Assembly (NCBI GenBank): GCA_964635895.1
Contig: CAZWQN010000001.1
Location: forward strand, 1-53,081
DNA from: an uncultured Thermotogae bacterium
GTDB taxonomy: Bacteria; Bipolaricaulota; Bipolaricaulia; UBA7950; UBA9294
Direction: 5' to 3'
DNA length: 53,081 nucleotides
A model generated the notes under the pieces. It had not been told where the DNA came from. It saw only the letters and a program-made list of their open reading frames with translations, and ran no database searches. The stretch's first letter is position 1, and every line of letters starts with the position of its first letter. The position numbers and the translations under genes were made by a program. This document shows, in pieces, positions 11,253-21,647 of the stretch.

Positions 11253-13246
11253 AGACCCTTCCTGACGTTCCGCAGCTCATCGCGCAGGGTCGCGGCCAGC
11301 TCGAATTCGAGCCGCTCGGCCGCCCGGAGCATCTGAGCCTCCAGGTCCCGCGCGTACGCGAGAAGCTCGTCGCGCTTCGTGGCCTGCGGTCGCTCGCGCA
11401 CCGCGGCCGGAGTCTCCGGGCGCACGGCGTGGAGCGCCTGCAGGATGTCGGTGACCTCGCGCTCGATGCTCCTCGGGGTGATCCCGTGCTTCTCGTTGTA
11501 GGCGACCTGGATGCGGCGCCGGCGGTTCGTCTCGTCGACGGCGTGGCGGATCGAATCGGTCATCGTGTCGGCATAGAGGAGCACCCGGCCGCGGACGTTG
11601 CGCGCCGCCCGCCCGATCGTCTGCACGAGCGACGTCCCCGAGCGCAGGAACCCCTCCTTGTCGGCGTCGAGCACCGCGACGAGCGCTACTTCCGGAAGGT
11701 CGAGCCCCTCGCGCAAGAGGTTGATTCCCACCAGGACGTCGAACTTCCCGAGGCGCAGGTCGCGGAGGATGTCAATGCGGTCGAGCGTCTCGATCTCCGA
11801 GTGCAGGTAGCGCGCCCGCACTCCCGCGTCGACGAGGTACTCGGTCAGATCCTCGGCCATCCGCTTGGTCAGCGTCGTGACGAGCGCGCGGTCCCCGCGC
11901 TCGACGGTGGTGCGGATCTGGCCGAGCAAGTGGTCGATCTGCCCCTTCACAGGGAGAACGCTCACCTCTGGATCGATGAGCCCCGTCGGGCGGATGACCT
12001 GCTCGACCACCCGCTGGCTCTTCCGCTCCTCGTACAGGCCGGGGGTCGCCGACGTAAAGATCACCTGGTTCACCCGCTCCTCGAACTCCGAGAAGGTGAG
12101 AGGCCGGTTGTCGAGCGCCGACGGAAGTCGGAACCCGTAATCGACGAGCGTCGTCTTCCGCGATCGATCTCCGTGGTACATCCCGCGCACCTGGGGCACT
12201 GTCTGGTGCGACTCGTCGACCACGAGGAGGAAGTCGCTCGGGAAGTAGTCGATGAGCACGGACGGAGGCTGGCCGGCGCGGCGCCCGTCGAGGTGGCGGG
12301 AGTAGTTCTCAATGCCGTTGCAGTACCCCATCTGCTGCATCATCTCGAGGTCGTAGCGGGTGCGCTGCTCGAGACGCTGCGCCTCGAGGAGGCGGTTCTC
12401 GTTGCGCAGCACGGCGAGACGCTCCTCCAGCTCCTCCTCCACCGTGGACGTCGCCCGCTGCATCTGCTCGTCGGGCGTGATGAAGTGCGACGCCGGGAAG
12501 ATCGTGATCGCCGCGACGTCCTCGATCGCATGTCCGGTGACCGGGTCGAGGAGGGCGATCCGCTCGATCTCGTCGCCGAAGAACTCGAGGCGCACGACCC
12601 GTTCCTCGTACGCGGGGATGATTTCCACCGTGTCGCCCCGGGCGCGGAACGTCCCTCGCTCGAAGCCGATCTCGTTCCGGCTGTACTGCAGGCCGACCAT
12701 CCGCCGCATGACGTCGTCGCGATCCCACGACGAACCGCGCTCGAGGGTGACCGACATGTCGTAGTAGCTCGCCGGCGACCCAAGGCCGTAAATGCACGAG
12801 ACGGATGCGACGATGATCACATCGCGCCGCTCGAACAGCGCCGCGGTCGCCGCGTGGCGGAGTCGATCGATCTCGTCGTTGATCGAGGAGTCCTTCTCGA
12901 TGTAGGTGTCCGTCTGCGGGATGTACGCTTCCGGCTGGTAGTAGTCGTAGTAGGAGACGAAGTAGTGAACTGCGTTGTCGGGAAACAGCTCGCGGAACTC
13001 GTTCGCCAGCTGCGCGGTGAGGGTCTTGTTGTGCGCGATCACCAGGGTCGGCCGCTGCACCTCCTGGATGACGTGAGCGATCGTGAACGTCTTTCCGGTC
13101 CCGGTCGCCCCCCACAACGTCTGGAACTGCAATCCCGAGCGAACCCCGTCCACCAGCCGCTCGATGGCCGCCGGCTGGTCGCCGCAGGGCTCGAGCCTGT
13201 TCGAGATTCGGAAACCCGCCGCTTCGCCGATCCGTGAAAGTCTCAT
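11249..13246 (-). CDS. uvrB: Excinuclease ABC subunit UvrB
   Basis: GDQPAAI..L, helicase motif [15 protein letters not shown] box, C-terminal UVR motif. ATGA overlap with uvrA. Confidence 0.98.
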
Positions 13247-13258
13247 CCCAAGCTAGGA

Positions 13259-13287
13259 ATGGTACCGGTCCCGGGACGTTCCAGCAA
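13259..13287 (-). promoter_or_regulatory. Promoter candidate for uvrB
   Basis: On the minus strand: TTGCTG, 17-nt spacer, TACCAT, ending 12 nt before the uvrB ATG. Confidence 0.3.
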
Positions 13288-13331
13288 CGCGTCGGGAACG
13301 ACGATCGGACGGCCCCGGCGGCAGCCGGCAG

Positions 13332-13607
13332 CTAACGCACGATCCGGAAGCTCGTGTGGGACTCGGTCGGCGCAAGCCACGCCGCGTCGACACGCTCGAC
13401 CGAGGCGCGCTCCGGTCCGCGAGACAACCACTCGAGGAGCGCCTCGAGGGCCGGTCGCTCGCCTTCCGCGGCCACGAACACGCTCCCGTCGGAGTCGTTC
13501 TGGACCGTCCCGACAAGGCCGAGGCGTTCCGCCTGGGCGAGCGTGTTCTGGCGGAAGAAGACGCCCTGAACCCGTCCGTGGACGTGCGCTTCGAGGCGGG
13601 CCTTCAT
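13332..13607 (-). CDS. acyP: Acylphosphatase
   Basis: 91 aa with the signature VHGRVQGVFFR and GLVGTVQN..DGSV. Confidence 0.9.
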   Translation of the reverse strand: MKARLEAHVHGRVQGVFFRQNTLAQAERLGLVGTVQNDSDGSVFVAAEGERPALEALLEWLSRGPERASVERVDAAWLAPTESHTSFRIVR

Positions 13608-13708
13608 ACGGCCAGTCTACTGCAGCCGCGGGCGGTGGGAGGCTTCGGGCGCACGGAGCCGGTCAACGGGCCCAACGACGGCCCCGTAGGAGCTGAGTAG
13701 AAGAAACG

Positions 13709-14170
13709 CTACAGGTGCGGCGTCAGAAGCCCGAGGATCCGCTCGAGCGGCGCGACGTCGTCTCGCGTGAACTGAGCAAGCCGGGATGAATCCACATCGA
13801 ACACAGCCACGACGTCTCGATCCTTGAGCACGGGGATCGCGATCTCGCTCCGTGCTCGCTTGTCGCAAGGGATATGCCCCGGGAACGCTGCGACATCCGG
13901 GACGATGACCGCCGCCCTCGTGGCGACCGCGCGAAGACAGACGCCGCCGTCCCGCAGCACCTGGCACGCGAGCGGACCCTGGTACGGGCCGACGTGGAGC
14001 TCGTCTCCGGCCACCAGGTAGAAGCCCGTCCACAGGTGATGCGGCATCTTGGCGTGGAGCACGGCACAGACCGTCGACATCGCCGCACAGAGGCTCGGCG
14101 AGCCGCCGTCCATCAGCTCCCGCAGCTGCTCGTAGATTCGCTCGTACCGTCCGCCGCGATCGCCGATCAC
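13709..14170 (-). CDS. GAF domain protein (free methionine-R-sulfoxide reductase/YebR-like)
   Basis: ~150 aa single GAF with WTGFYL....L.VGPYQG..AC and SEIAIPV motifs. The GTG start overlaps the upstream stop (GTGA). Confidence 0.75.
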   Translation of the reverse strand: MIGDRGGRYERIYEQLRELMDGGSPSLCAAMSTVCAVLHAKMPHHLWTGFYLVAGDELHVGPYQGPLACQVLRDGGVCLRAVATRAAVIVPDVAAFPGHIPCDKRARSEIAIPVLKDRDVVAVFDVDSSRLAQFTRDDVAPLERILGLLTPHL

Positions 14171-15048
14171 AAAGTCTTCCTTTCAGCACAAGCCGCCCGC
14201 TGCCCGGCGCGGCTGGCCAGCGCCGCGCCCGCAATCGCGATGACTCCCCCCACCACGGTAAGCGCCGCAGGGACCTCCGACAACCAGATCCACGCGATGA
14301 CAAGCGCGAGGACCGGGTTCAGGTAGAGGAAGCTGGCCAGGGCGGAGGCGGGAAACCGCGCCAGCGCCGCAACCCACAGGACGTAGGCGATGGCTCCCGG
14401 GAACACCCCAAGATAGAGGGCGGACGCCGTCGCCGCCGGGCGCGCCTCTCCGATGGTGCGGACGAGCCCCGGCGCGAACACGAGCATCGGGATCGTCCCC
14501 GCCCAGATGATGTAGGTCGCGAACTCGAGGGGGCCGTAGCGCGTCATGACCCGCTTCTGAAGAACGTTGTACGCACTGGCGCAGACCGCGGCGACGACGA
14601 CGATCCCCGCGCCCGCCTCCATCCGCACTCCGGCCCCCTCGCCGAGCGCGATGAGGGCGACTCCGGCGAAGCCGACGGCGATCCCGACCCACCCGATCGG
14701 CCTCATCCTCTCCCCCAGGACCGGCATCGCGAGGAGCGCTGTGAACAACGGAACCGACGCGATGAGCAGGCTGGCCGTTCCGGCCGACACACTCGTCTCC
14801 CCGAAGTTGAGAGCAAGGTGGTACCCGGTGATCCCGAGCCCGCCAAGCAGGAGGAGGATCGGCACGTCCCGCCCGCGAGGAAGACGCATCCTCCGCGCCC
14901 CCGCGACAAGACCCAGAACGAAGGACGCCGTGAGGAACCGCAAGAGCGCCAGCTCCCCCGGTCCGTACGCGGACAACCCGACGCGGATCGCGGCAAAGGC
15001 GGACGCCCAGAGGAGCAGGAGAATCCCGAGGCCCACGTACGAAGTCAT
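14167..15048 (-). CDS. EamA/DMT family transporter
   Basis: Ten predicted TM helices in two EamA repeats. Start chosen at ATG 15048 (MTSYVGLGILLLLWASAFAAIRV) with GGGGAG RBS. Confidence 0.82.
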   Translation of the reverse strand: MTSYVGLGILLLLWASAFAAIRVGLSAYGPGELALLRFLTASFVLGLVAGARRMRLPRGRDVPILLLLGGLGITGYHLALNFGETSVSAGTASLLIASVPLFTALLAMPVLGERMRPIGWVGIAVGFAGVALIALGEGAGVRMEAGAGIVVVAAVCASAYNVLQKRVMTRYGPLEFATYIIWAGTIPMLVFAPGLVRTIGEARPAATASALYLGVFPGAIAYVLWVAALARFPASALASFLYLNPVLALVIAWIWLSEVPAALTVVGGVIAIAGAALASRAGQRAACAERKTL

Positions 15049-15276
15049 CTGCTCATCTCCCCTGCGAACGGGCGTTTCCGTCCCCGATCCCCGTGGACGG
15101 ATTGTACTGGCCCATCGACGCCAGCTCCGCGGCGGCTCGAGGACGCACCGCAGGACGAGCCACTGGCCGCCGCCCGTAGAGGTGCGGTACATGAACTCAA
15201 GGATCCGTTCGGGGGTCCGAGGCAGGTCCTGCGGGGCCGTTGAGTAGAGGTGCGGTCAGCGAACCGGGAGGGCGGG

Positions 15277-15879
15277 ATGGACGTAGCGGGAATCGTCGCC
15301 TTGGGGGCCGTGGGCGTCCTTGCGATCGTCTGGCGGGTCGTGGTTGCCGCGCAACGTCGACGATCCGATGCGACGACAGGGGAGTTGGGGGACGCATCGC
15401 TGTCGCGACGGCTTGCTTCGAGGGAACGATGCGAGCGACCTGGCCTCGACACTGGGGGAAGGTCCTTCCTTACTACGGTTCTCCTTGCCCTGTTCGTCTT
15501 CGCCTACTTGGGCTGTTTCCTGATGATGATTGAAGACATCGGCGCGCACGACCGCGGAGAGGCAATGGCCCACTGGCGTGTCTGGGGGCCGATCTTGGTC
15601 GGCAGCCCCCTCGTCCTCGTCCTTTGCCTGAGAGCCGCCGGCCTCACCACTCGCCCGGTCTACACCACAGCGGGCGTCGTAGGCCTCATCTTCCTTCTCA
15701 TGGACGCTGGGGGACTTGCGATTCGCCGCTTCATCCTGTGGCCCGCCTGGGCCCCGACGCTGGCCCTCTTCGTCGTCCACCGGGTTCTTACCGCGCCGAG
15801 TCGGGTTCGCGAGGATCGCCAGAGCGGCAGAAGGAAACCGCTCTTCAGGACATACAAGGAGAAAGCCTCGAATCGCTGA
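15277..15879 (+). CDS. Hypothetical membrane protein
   Basis: ATG with GGGAGGG RBS. Several hydrophobic helices. No known domain recognised. Confidence 0.55.
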   Translation: MDVAGIVALGAVGVLAIVWRVVVAAQRRRSDATTGELGDASLSRRLASRERCERPGLDTGGRSFLTTVLLALFVFAYLGCFLMMIEDIGAHDRGEAMAHWRVWGPILVGSPLVLVLCLRAAGLTTRPVYTTAGVVGLIFLLMDAGGLAIRRFILWPAWAPTLALFVVHRVLTAPSRVREDRQSGRRKPLFRTYKEKASNR

Positions 15880-15965
15880 AACGTTCGCGGCAGCAGCCGT
15901 CGCGAGCAATCGAATGCGCTACCCTGAGAGGCTCGACTCATCGGTAAGAGAGGAGGTCACGACCC

Positions 15966-16469
15966 ATGAACGATGCCCTTCACTGGATCACCCGCCGTCG
16001 CTCGATTCGCCAGTTCACCGGGGATCCGGTCCCCCGCGAGAAGATCACCGCGGCTCTGCAGGCGGCCATGACTGCGCCCTCCGCGCGCAACCTGCAGCCG
16101 TGGAACTTCGTCGTCGTGACGGACAGGGAGACCCGGGCCGCGCTCGCCAAGGCACACCCGTACGCCGGATTCGCCGTCGATGCGGGAGCGATCGTCGTTC
16201 CGTTCGGGAAGAAGAAGGGCGCCATGTCGTTCGACCAGGACATGGCGGCGGCCACGGAGAACCTCCTGATCGCCGTTGCTGGCCTTGGGCTTGGAGCGAC
16301 GTGGTGTGGGCTGGACGACACGCTCCAGGATCGGGTGCGCGCGCTCCTGGGGGTTCCCGACGACTTCCACCTCTTCGCCCTCATCCCGGTCGGCGTTCCC
16401 GCCGAGGAGAAGCCGGCGCGCACCCAGTACGACGAAACCAAGGTCCACTGGGACAAGTACAAAGCGTAG
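15966..16469 (+). CDS. Nitroreductase family protein
   Basis: RRSIRQF....V, APSARNLQPW.FVVV. RBS AGAGGAGG. Confidence 0.85.
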   Translation: MNDALHWITRRRSIRQFTGDPVPREKITAALQAAMTAPSARNLQPWNFVVVTDRETRAALAKAHPYAGFAVDAGAIVVPFGKKKGAMSFDQDMAAATENLLIAVAGLGLGATWCGLDDTLQDRVRALLGVPDDFHLFALIPVGVPAEEKPARTQYDETKVHWDKYKA

Positions 16470-16484
16470 CTGTCCGCTGGACCG

Positions 16485-17183
16485 CTAATCGGAGCTCGGC
16501 GTCCAGAAGCCCGTGCGCGCGGCGCCGCAGTGGAGTGACAAGAGCTCCGCGAACCGAATACACCACGAGCCAAGCGTTGACCCGGCTTCCCCGACGGGCG
16601 CGTACAGCACCGCCAGGACGTTCGTCGTACCGGATTGGACCTTGGTGGCCATTGCGTCCTTGACCGGATTGCCGCACGGACGCCATGCGTCGTCGCGGCG
16701 CCCACACACAACCAGCACGTCCTCCAGGTCGATCGACTGCCCCGATGAGTTGAACACGTAGGCTTCCCCCGCCTCGCCCCGGCGGAGCAGGAGCTCGCGC
16801 CCGGAGAGGTCGGCGTCGAAGATCGACGCGGGAAGCCCGGACTCCAGGCTGACCGCGTTGTTGACGTCGACCGGACCGTTGACCCGTGGAAACTCCCCCG
16901 CGAGCGCCGCCCGGAGGAGAAACTCGCTGGCGGGCTTTCCCCTCCCGCTCGGCTTGTACCGGCCGAAGCGGAGCATGGCGCGCACGCTGTCCCGGACGGC
17001 CTGCGGGACGAAGTCCTCGCCCGCCTGGCGAACCCGATCCAGGAGCGGAAGAAGGAACGGCGGGGTCGACGAACTCGGCACGACCCGGACTCCCTCCGCC
17101 CAGACAAGCCCCGGGACGACCGGCGGCGGAGACAGCCGAGGGTCCAGATCGACCGAGCACATGCCGCCGAGCGGGTCGCTCAT
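16485..17183 (-). CDS. B3/B4 tRNA-binding domain-containing protein
   Basis: Resembles the stand-alone PheT B3_4-like family (FGRYKPSGRGKPASEFLLR, VNGPVDVNNAVSLESGLP). ATG 17183 overlaps the upstream stop (ATGA). Confidence 0.7.
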   Translation of the reverse strand: MSDPLGGMCSVDLDPRLSPPPVVPGLVWAEGVRVVPSSSTPPFLLPLLDRVRQAGEDFVPQAVRDSVRAMLRFGRYKPSGRGKPASEFLLRAALAGEFPRVNGPVDVNNAVSLESGLPASIFDADLSGRELLLRRGEAGEAYVFNSSGQSIDLEDVLVVCGRRDDAWRPCGNPVKDAMATKVQSGTTNVLAVLYAPVGEAGSTLGSWCIRFAELLSLHCGAARTGFWTPSSD

Positions 17184-17614
17184 CGCGGGATCGCCACGGC
17201 GCCGCTCCACTTGAACGTCGTTGAGACGCCGTTCGCCGCCAGCTCGTACTCCCCCAGCGGCAGCCCGTCGAGCGCGAGCGGTGTCGTGACCTCGAACGTC
17301 TTCACGGTCTGCGCGCAGACCTCGTCCACCGGACGCTCGGTCGTCACCGTAAGGATGAGCAGGTTGTCCCGCCGTTGCTGCCTGACAGAGGAGATCCGCG
17401 TGCACGTGTCGCGCAGGGTACCCTTCACGACGGCGCTGAGACATGTGGGGTATCCGTCGACCGCTCGGACCTCGACAGTGTCGACATCGGCGAGGCCGAA
17501 GATGTACTCGGCCGGGCCCTTGCCCGCCCGGCAGCCGGAGACAAGGGCCATTCCCGAGGCGAGGACTAGGAGAAGAACAAGTCGGGAGAATGCGACGCAA
17601 AGCGATCTCGCCAT
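17180..17614 (-). CDS. Small lipoprotein (hypothetical)
   Basis: ATG 17614 with GGGAGGAG RBS. Lipobox LVSGC. This is the only plausible part of the 703-aa ORF 17180-19291. Confidence 0.7.
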   Translation of the reverse strand: MARSLCVAFSRLVLLLVLASGMALVSGCRAGKGPAEYIFGLADVDTVEVRAVDGYPTCLSAVVKGTLRDTCTRISSVRQQRRDNLLILTVTTERPVDEVCAQTVKTFEVTTPLALDGLPLGEYELAANGVSTTFKWSGAVAIPR

Positions 17615-17678
17615 GACTCCTCCCGATCCTCCCAGCAGGTGGCTCATCGTACCCGACGCTCCCGCCATCGAAAAGGAG

Positions 17679-18074
17679 CTAGGCTCGCTCGGCACGAACC
17701 GTGACGATGGGAGGTGAGTCAAGGTGCGCCGTGACGGCGCACTTCCTCGCCGCCCGGACGCACGCCTCCGTGGTCTCGTCGGGCAGGCCCTGCGGAAGGC
17801 GAATTCGGATCTCGACGTTCGGGACCCGGTGGGCGACCTCATCCCACGTCGTGGAGAGAGCGAGGGACACTCCGTCGACGGGGATTCCCCGCGCCTGGAG
17901 GAACGCGAGCACGTAGTGCCCGGTGCACGTTCCCAACGAGGCGAAGAACAGGTCGAACGGAGAGGGAGCCGAGTTCGCTCCGCCGGAGGCCTCCGGTTGA
18001 TCGGTCCGAACCACGAATCCCTTGAAGCTGGCGTCCACTCGCTTCCCGCCGGGGAAGTCGATCCGCATCTCCAT
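17679..18074 (-). CDS. OsmC family peroxiredoxin-like protein
   Basis: SPFDLFFASLGTCTG and AR.KCAV motifs. ATG 18074 with AAGGAGAG RBS. Confidence 0.82.
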   Translation of the reverse strand: MEMRIDFPGGKRVDASFKGFVVRTDQPEASGGANSAPSPFDLFFASLGTCTGHYVLAFLQARGIPVDGVSLALSTTWDEVAHRVPNVEIRIRLPQGLPDETTEACVRAARKCAVTAHLDSPPIVTVRAERA

Positions 18075-18172
18075 GAGCTCTCCTTCCGCCGTCCCGCCAG
18101 CCGCCAAGCATACCCTCCCCGACGAGGGATCGCCCGCCACAGCGCGCTAGAATGGTCGTTGCGGGAGGATCC

Positions 18173-19108
18173 ATGTCCAAGCGACCGTTTCTCATCGACA
18201 CCGACACGGCATCCGACGACGCCGTCGCCCTCGTCATGGCGCTGCGCCACCCCGACGTCGAGGTCGAGGCGATCACCGTTGTCGCGGGCAACGTTCCGCT
18301 GGATCAGGGGGTGCAGAACGCCCTGTACACGGTCGAGCGGTGTGGGCGCCGAACCCCCGTACACCGCGGGATCGCCCGCCCGCTCCTGCGCCCGCTCCAG
18401 ACGGCCCAGTTCTGTCACGGCGAGGACGGAATGGGCGACATCGGGCTCCCGCTGTCCGGCCGCCACCCCGCGGAAGGCCACGCGGTCGACGTTCTCGTCG
18501 AAGCGTCCCGGCGCCTCGCCGGCCGCCTGACCCTGGTCACCCTCGGCCCGCTCACGAATCTCGCCGTGGCCCTGCTCAAGGAGCCCCGCGTCGCCGAGTG
18601 GATCGAGCGGTGCGTCGTCATGGGAGGCATCGGCCTGGGACACGGGAACATCGTCCCCGCCGCGGAGTACAACCTCTGGGTCGATCCCGAGGCGGCGAAG
18701 ATCGTCTTCCAGTCCGGCCTGCCGCTCTGCATGGTTGGGTGGGACGTTTCGCACCGTCGGGCCACGTTCACCGACGCCGAGGCGGAGTCGCTCCACCAAA
18801 CCTCGGAACTCGGGGCGTTCTGCGTCGACATCCAGAAGGGGCTCCGAGAGTTCGGCATCCACTACCTCAAGCAGGAGGGGTTCGATCTCCCCGATCCCAT
18901 CGCGATGGCCGTCGCCCTCGACCCGACCGTGGCCACCGACACCCGGACCCTGCGGGTGGACATCGAGACGGGAAGCGAGTTGACGCGCGGACAATCGGTC
19001 GTCGATCACCTTCGCGTCACGGGGCGGGAGCCGAACGTCGACGTGGTTCTCGACGCGTCGCGTGACGGGTTCCTCCGCCTGCTCCACGCCGCCACGCTCG
19101 CCGCGTGA
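18173..19108 (+). CDS. Nucleoside hydrolase (IUNH family)
   Basis: N-terminal FLIDTDTASDDAVAL aspartate cluster, VTLGPLTNLA, AEYNLWVDPEAA. RBS GGGAGGA. Confidence 0.9.
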   Translation: MSKRPFLIDTDTASDDAVALVMALRHPDVEVEAITVVAGNVPLDQGVQNALYTVERCGRRTPVHRGIARPLLRPLQTAQFCHGEDGMGDIGLPLSGRHPAEGHAVDVLVEASRRLAGRLTLVTLGPLTNLAVALLKEPRVAEWIERCVVMGGIGLGHGNIVPAAEYNLWVDPEAAKIVFQSGLPLCMVGWDVSHRRATFTDAEAESLHQTSELGAFCVDIQKGLREFGIHYLKQEGFDLPDPIAMAVALDPTVATDTRTLRVDIETGSELTRGQSVVDHLRVTGREPNVDVVLDASRDGFLRLLHAATLAA

Positions 19109-19147
19109 GCCCCACGCATCGGACACGGACCCCCTTATAATCCGCGC

Positions 19148-20392
19148 ATGTCGCTGGCCCGGGAGTACCTGACGCAGGTTCGCCGCTTCAACCCGAACGC
19201 ACGGTGGTACCTCGCGTACACGTTCATGAGCGGCATCGGATTCGGGATCTCTGGGCTGTTCTATAACCTCTACGTCCTCTCCCTCGGCCATAGCCCGGCG
19301 TTCCTCGGGATTCTCCTTGCCCTACCGCTCGTCGCCGTGACCGTGCTCGCCGTACCGGCCGGCGTTCTCGGGCGGAGGATCGGGTATCGCAACACACTCC
19401 TCTGGGGGGTCGTAGCTCTCGTCGTGTCGCTCGTCGGAACCAGCGTCGCCCCGTCGGCCGCCGGCCTGATGGTCTTCGCCGTTGGGTTCGGACTGATGCA
19501 CGCCCTGCTTGACGTCAGCAACGCGCCGTTCGTCGCGGAGAACAGCAGCCCGTCGGAGCGCACCCACTTGTTCAGCGTGCAGTTCGCCGTACGGCTGTTT
19601 GCCAGCTTCTTCGGATCTCTCGGCGCCGGCCTGCTCCCGACACAGTTCGGCCGGATTCTGCGCATCGGCGCGGAGTCGCCGGGGGCCTATCGGGCCACCC
19701 TTCTGCTCTCCGCCGCGGTCTTCGTCCTCGCTCTCGTCCCCCTCGTTCGCGTCCGGCGCATCCACGCCGTGACGCCCGCGAACGCCGCCTCGCCCCTGCG
19801 TCCGACGGGCAAGCTGTCGCGGGAGGAGGCCGCCGTTCTCACCAAGCTGTTCGTCCCCCAGGTCATCATCGGCATGGGGGCCGGCGCCCTCGTCCCCTTT
19901 CTGAATGTGTTCTTCAAGGTGCGCTTTCACGTCTTCGACGGCCTGCTTGGCGTGCTGTTCGCGCTTCAGGCGGTCGCAATGGGTGTGGCGACCCTCGCCG
20001 GCCCGGCCGTCGCCGCTCGACTCGGGCGGGTGCGAACCGTCGTCTTAACCCAGGTCCTGTCGATTCCCTTCCTCGCCGTGCTCGGCTTCGTCCCGTCTCT
20101 GCCTCTCGCTTCCATCGCCTTTCTGGCGCGCGCCGGCCTCATGAACATGGGCCACCCCCTCTACTCGGCTTTCGCGATGGATCGAGTGGACGAGGCCAGG
20201 CGAGGGACGGCCAATGCGCTCCTGATCATGAGCTCACAAGGAAGCCGGGCGGTCAGCTCGTGGCTGGCGGGACTCCTTCAGCAGGGGCCGGGATTCTCGC
20301 CGATCTTCGCGCTGACGATCACCTGCTACCTTGCTGCGTCCGGGTTGACTCACCGCTTCTTCTCGCGGCGCGCGGAACCCGATCGCGGGTGA
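19148..20392 (+). CDS. MFS transporter
   Basis: 12 predicted TM helices with a GRRIGYR loop motif between TM2 and TM3. Confidence 0.85.
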   Translation: MSLAREYLTQVRRFNPNARWYLAYTFMSGIGFGISGLFYNLYVLSLGHSPAFLGILLALPLVAVTVLAVPAGVLGRRIGYRNTLLWGVVALVVSLVGTSVAPSAAGLMVFAVGFGLMHALLDVSNAPFVAENSSPSERTHLFSVQFAVRLFASFFGSLGAGLLPTQFGRILRIGAESPGAYRATLLLSAAVFVLALVPLVRVRRIHAVTPANAASPLRPTGKLSREEAAVLTKLFVPQVIIGMGAGALVPFLNVFFKVRFHVFDGLLGVLFALQAVAMGVATLAGPAVAARLGRVRTVVLTQVLSIPFLAVLGFVPSLPLASIAFLARAGLMNMGHPLYSAFAMDRVDEARRGTANALLIMSSQGSRAVSSWLAGLLQQGPGFSPIFALTITCYLAASGLTHRFFSRRAEPDRG

Positions 20393-20769
20393 CGGGCGAC
20401 AGAGCACAAGGCGAGGATGACGATGCAGGCGAACGTGGCCCCGGCGGCATCGAATGCAAGCCCTAGCAGGTTGAAGTGCCGGGTCGGGACCGCGAGTTGG
20501 GCCGCCTCGAGCGCCCACCCGTAGGCCGTGGCCGCGGCCCCCGCGAGCAGGATCCGCCTCCGAGACCAACCCAGGACGAGCACGAACAGCGCCGCGAGGA
20601 GCGCGTACGCCGGGAGGTGAAGGTATCCGTTCCCGAGGACGCGAACGGCCCGATCGAGGGGAGCGTCTCCCACGGGCCGGAGCGACATCCAGCCGATCCC
20701 GCCGAGGGCGATCCCCAAGGCGACCCGGGAGGCCCAGACCCGCCCGCTCTCGTTCGTCCTGTCGATCAT
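20350..20769 (-). CDS. VanZ family membrane protein
   Basis: ~139 aa with 4 TM helices and H.PAYA.LA..., E..Q motifs typical of VanZ-like proteins. Its 3' end overlaps the MFS 3' end by 43 bp. Confidence 0.65.
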   Translation of the reverse strand: MIDRTNESGRVWASRVALGIALGGIGWMSLRPVGDAPLDRAVRVLGNGYLHLPAYALLAALFVLVLGWSRRRILLAGAAATAYGWALEAAQLAVPTRHFNLLGLAFDAAGATFACIVILALCSVARHPRSGSARREKKR

Positions 20770-20960
20770 TCGACGGCCTCTTCGTTCCGCTGCGCCCCAG
20801 GCGCCGAGCCTCCAGTGTCGGCCCGTCGCGACAGGGGGTCAACTGCGCCCGGCCGCCGTTCGCCTTCGCGCCTCGATCGGAGTAGAGTGCAGGAGCGTTC
20901 TCTCGTGCGGAGTGTGGCGAGCCACGGTGCGAACGTTCGAAGAAGAGAAGGGGGGAAGGA

Positions 20961-21611
20961 ATGCGCAGAATTCTCCTGGGGATGCTTCTTGTTCTCCTTG
21001 CCGCGAGTGGTCGTGCGGCCGCCGTCGGTCTCCACTCTCTGTCGCTGGGCCTGCACCTCACTCCATCGGTGGACCGCGTCGAGGGACGTCGAGTCTGGGA
21101 CCTGTCGCTGTCGGTATCCGGAGCCGTCCGGCTGGACGCGTACGACTCGATCGAGTGCACGGTCGTCGTCGACAGCACCCCGACGACGCTCGGGACCATT
21201 GCCGAGTACCGCCACGACGTCACGGCTCGGTTCTCCGCCGGAGCCGGCATGACCATCCTGTGGTCGTTCGACAAGGACCAGAAGCTGCTTGCCCCGATCG
21301 TGGAGTCGTTCGCCCTCGCGACGGTCCACGGCGCTCTCCTGGAGGCCCTCGACGCCGGGCTTGGCGTGTCTTTCCCGATCGTCACCATCGCCAACGTGGG
21401 CGACAAGTGGAAGATCATCCCGCTCGCCGGGCTGCCGGCCGTGTCAACGAGCCTGGCTCTGGAGCTCTCTCGCGGCGTGGAGTTGGAGACCCATCTAACC
21501 CTGCAACCCGTCCTCGTCGATGCAACCGCGTTCACGGATCCCATCGGCCGTCTGACCGACAACATCCTGGTGCTGCCGACGATCTCGGCCTATCAGCGGT
21601 ACCTCCCGTAG
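20961..21611 (+). CDS. Secreted hypothetical protein (beta-rich)
   Basis: RBS GGGGGGAAGGA. Signal peptide LLVLLAASGRAAA. No known domain. Confidence 0.65.
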   Translation: MRRILLGMLLVLLAASGRAAAVGLHSLSLGLHLTPSVDRVEGRRVWDLSLSVSGAVRLDAYDSIECTVVVDSTPTTLGTIAEYRHDVTARFSAGAGMTILWSFDKDQKLLAPIVESFALATVHGALLEALDAGLGVSFPIVTIANVGDKWKIIPLAGLPAVSTSLALELSRGVELETHLTLQPVLVDATAFTDPIGRLTDNILVLPTISAYQRYLP

Positions 21612-21647
21612 GGTCGGGCTCGGTAGGTCGTAGCGCGGCGTCATCAC

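Noticed and set aside
11429-13237. 602-aa ORF on the + strand
   Set aside because: It is antisense to uvrB, which has unambiguous helicase and UVR motifs. It is the same kind of shadow-ORF artefact.
15880-15965. CTGAGA motif upstream of the nitroreductase gene as a TPP riboswitch
   Set aside because: The gap is only 86 nt and lacks the other conserved TPP-aptamer segments, so the hexamer is most likely a chance match.
17615-19291. N-terminal 559 aa of the 703-aa ORF 17180-19291
   Set aside because: It overlaps osmC and runs antisense to the nucleoside hydrolase. Only the last 144 codons have an RBS, signal peptide and lipobox.
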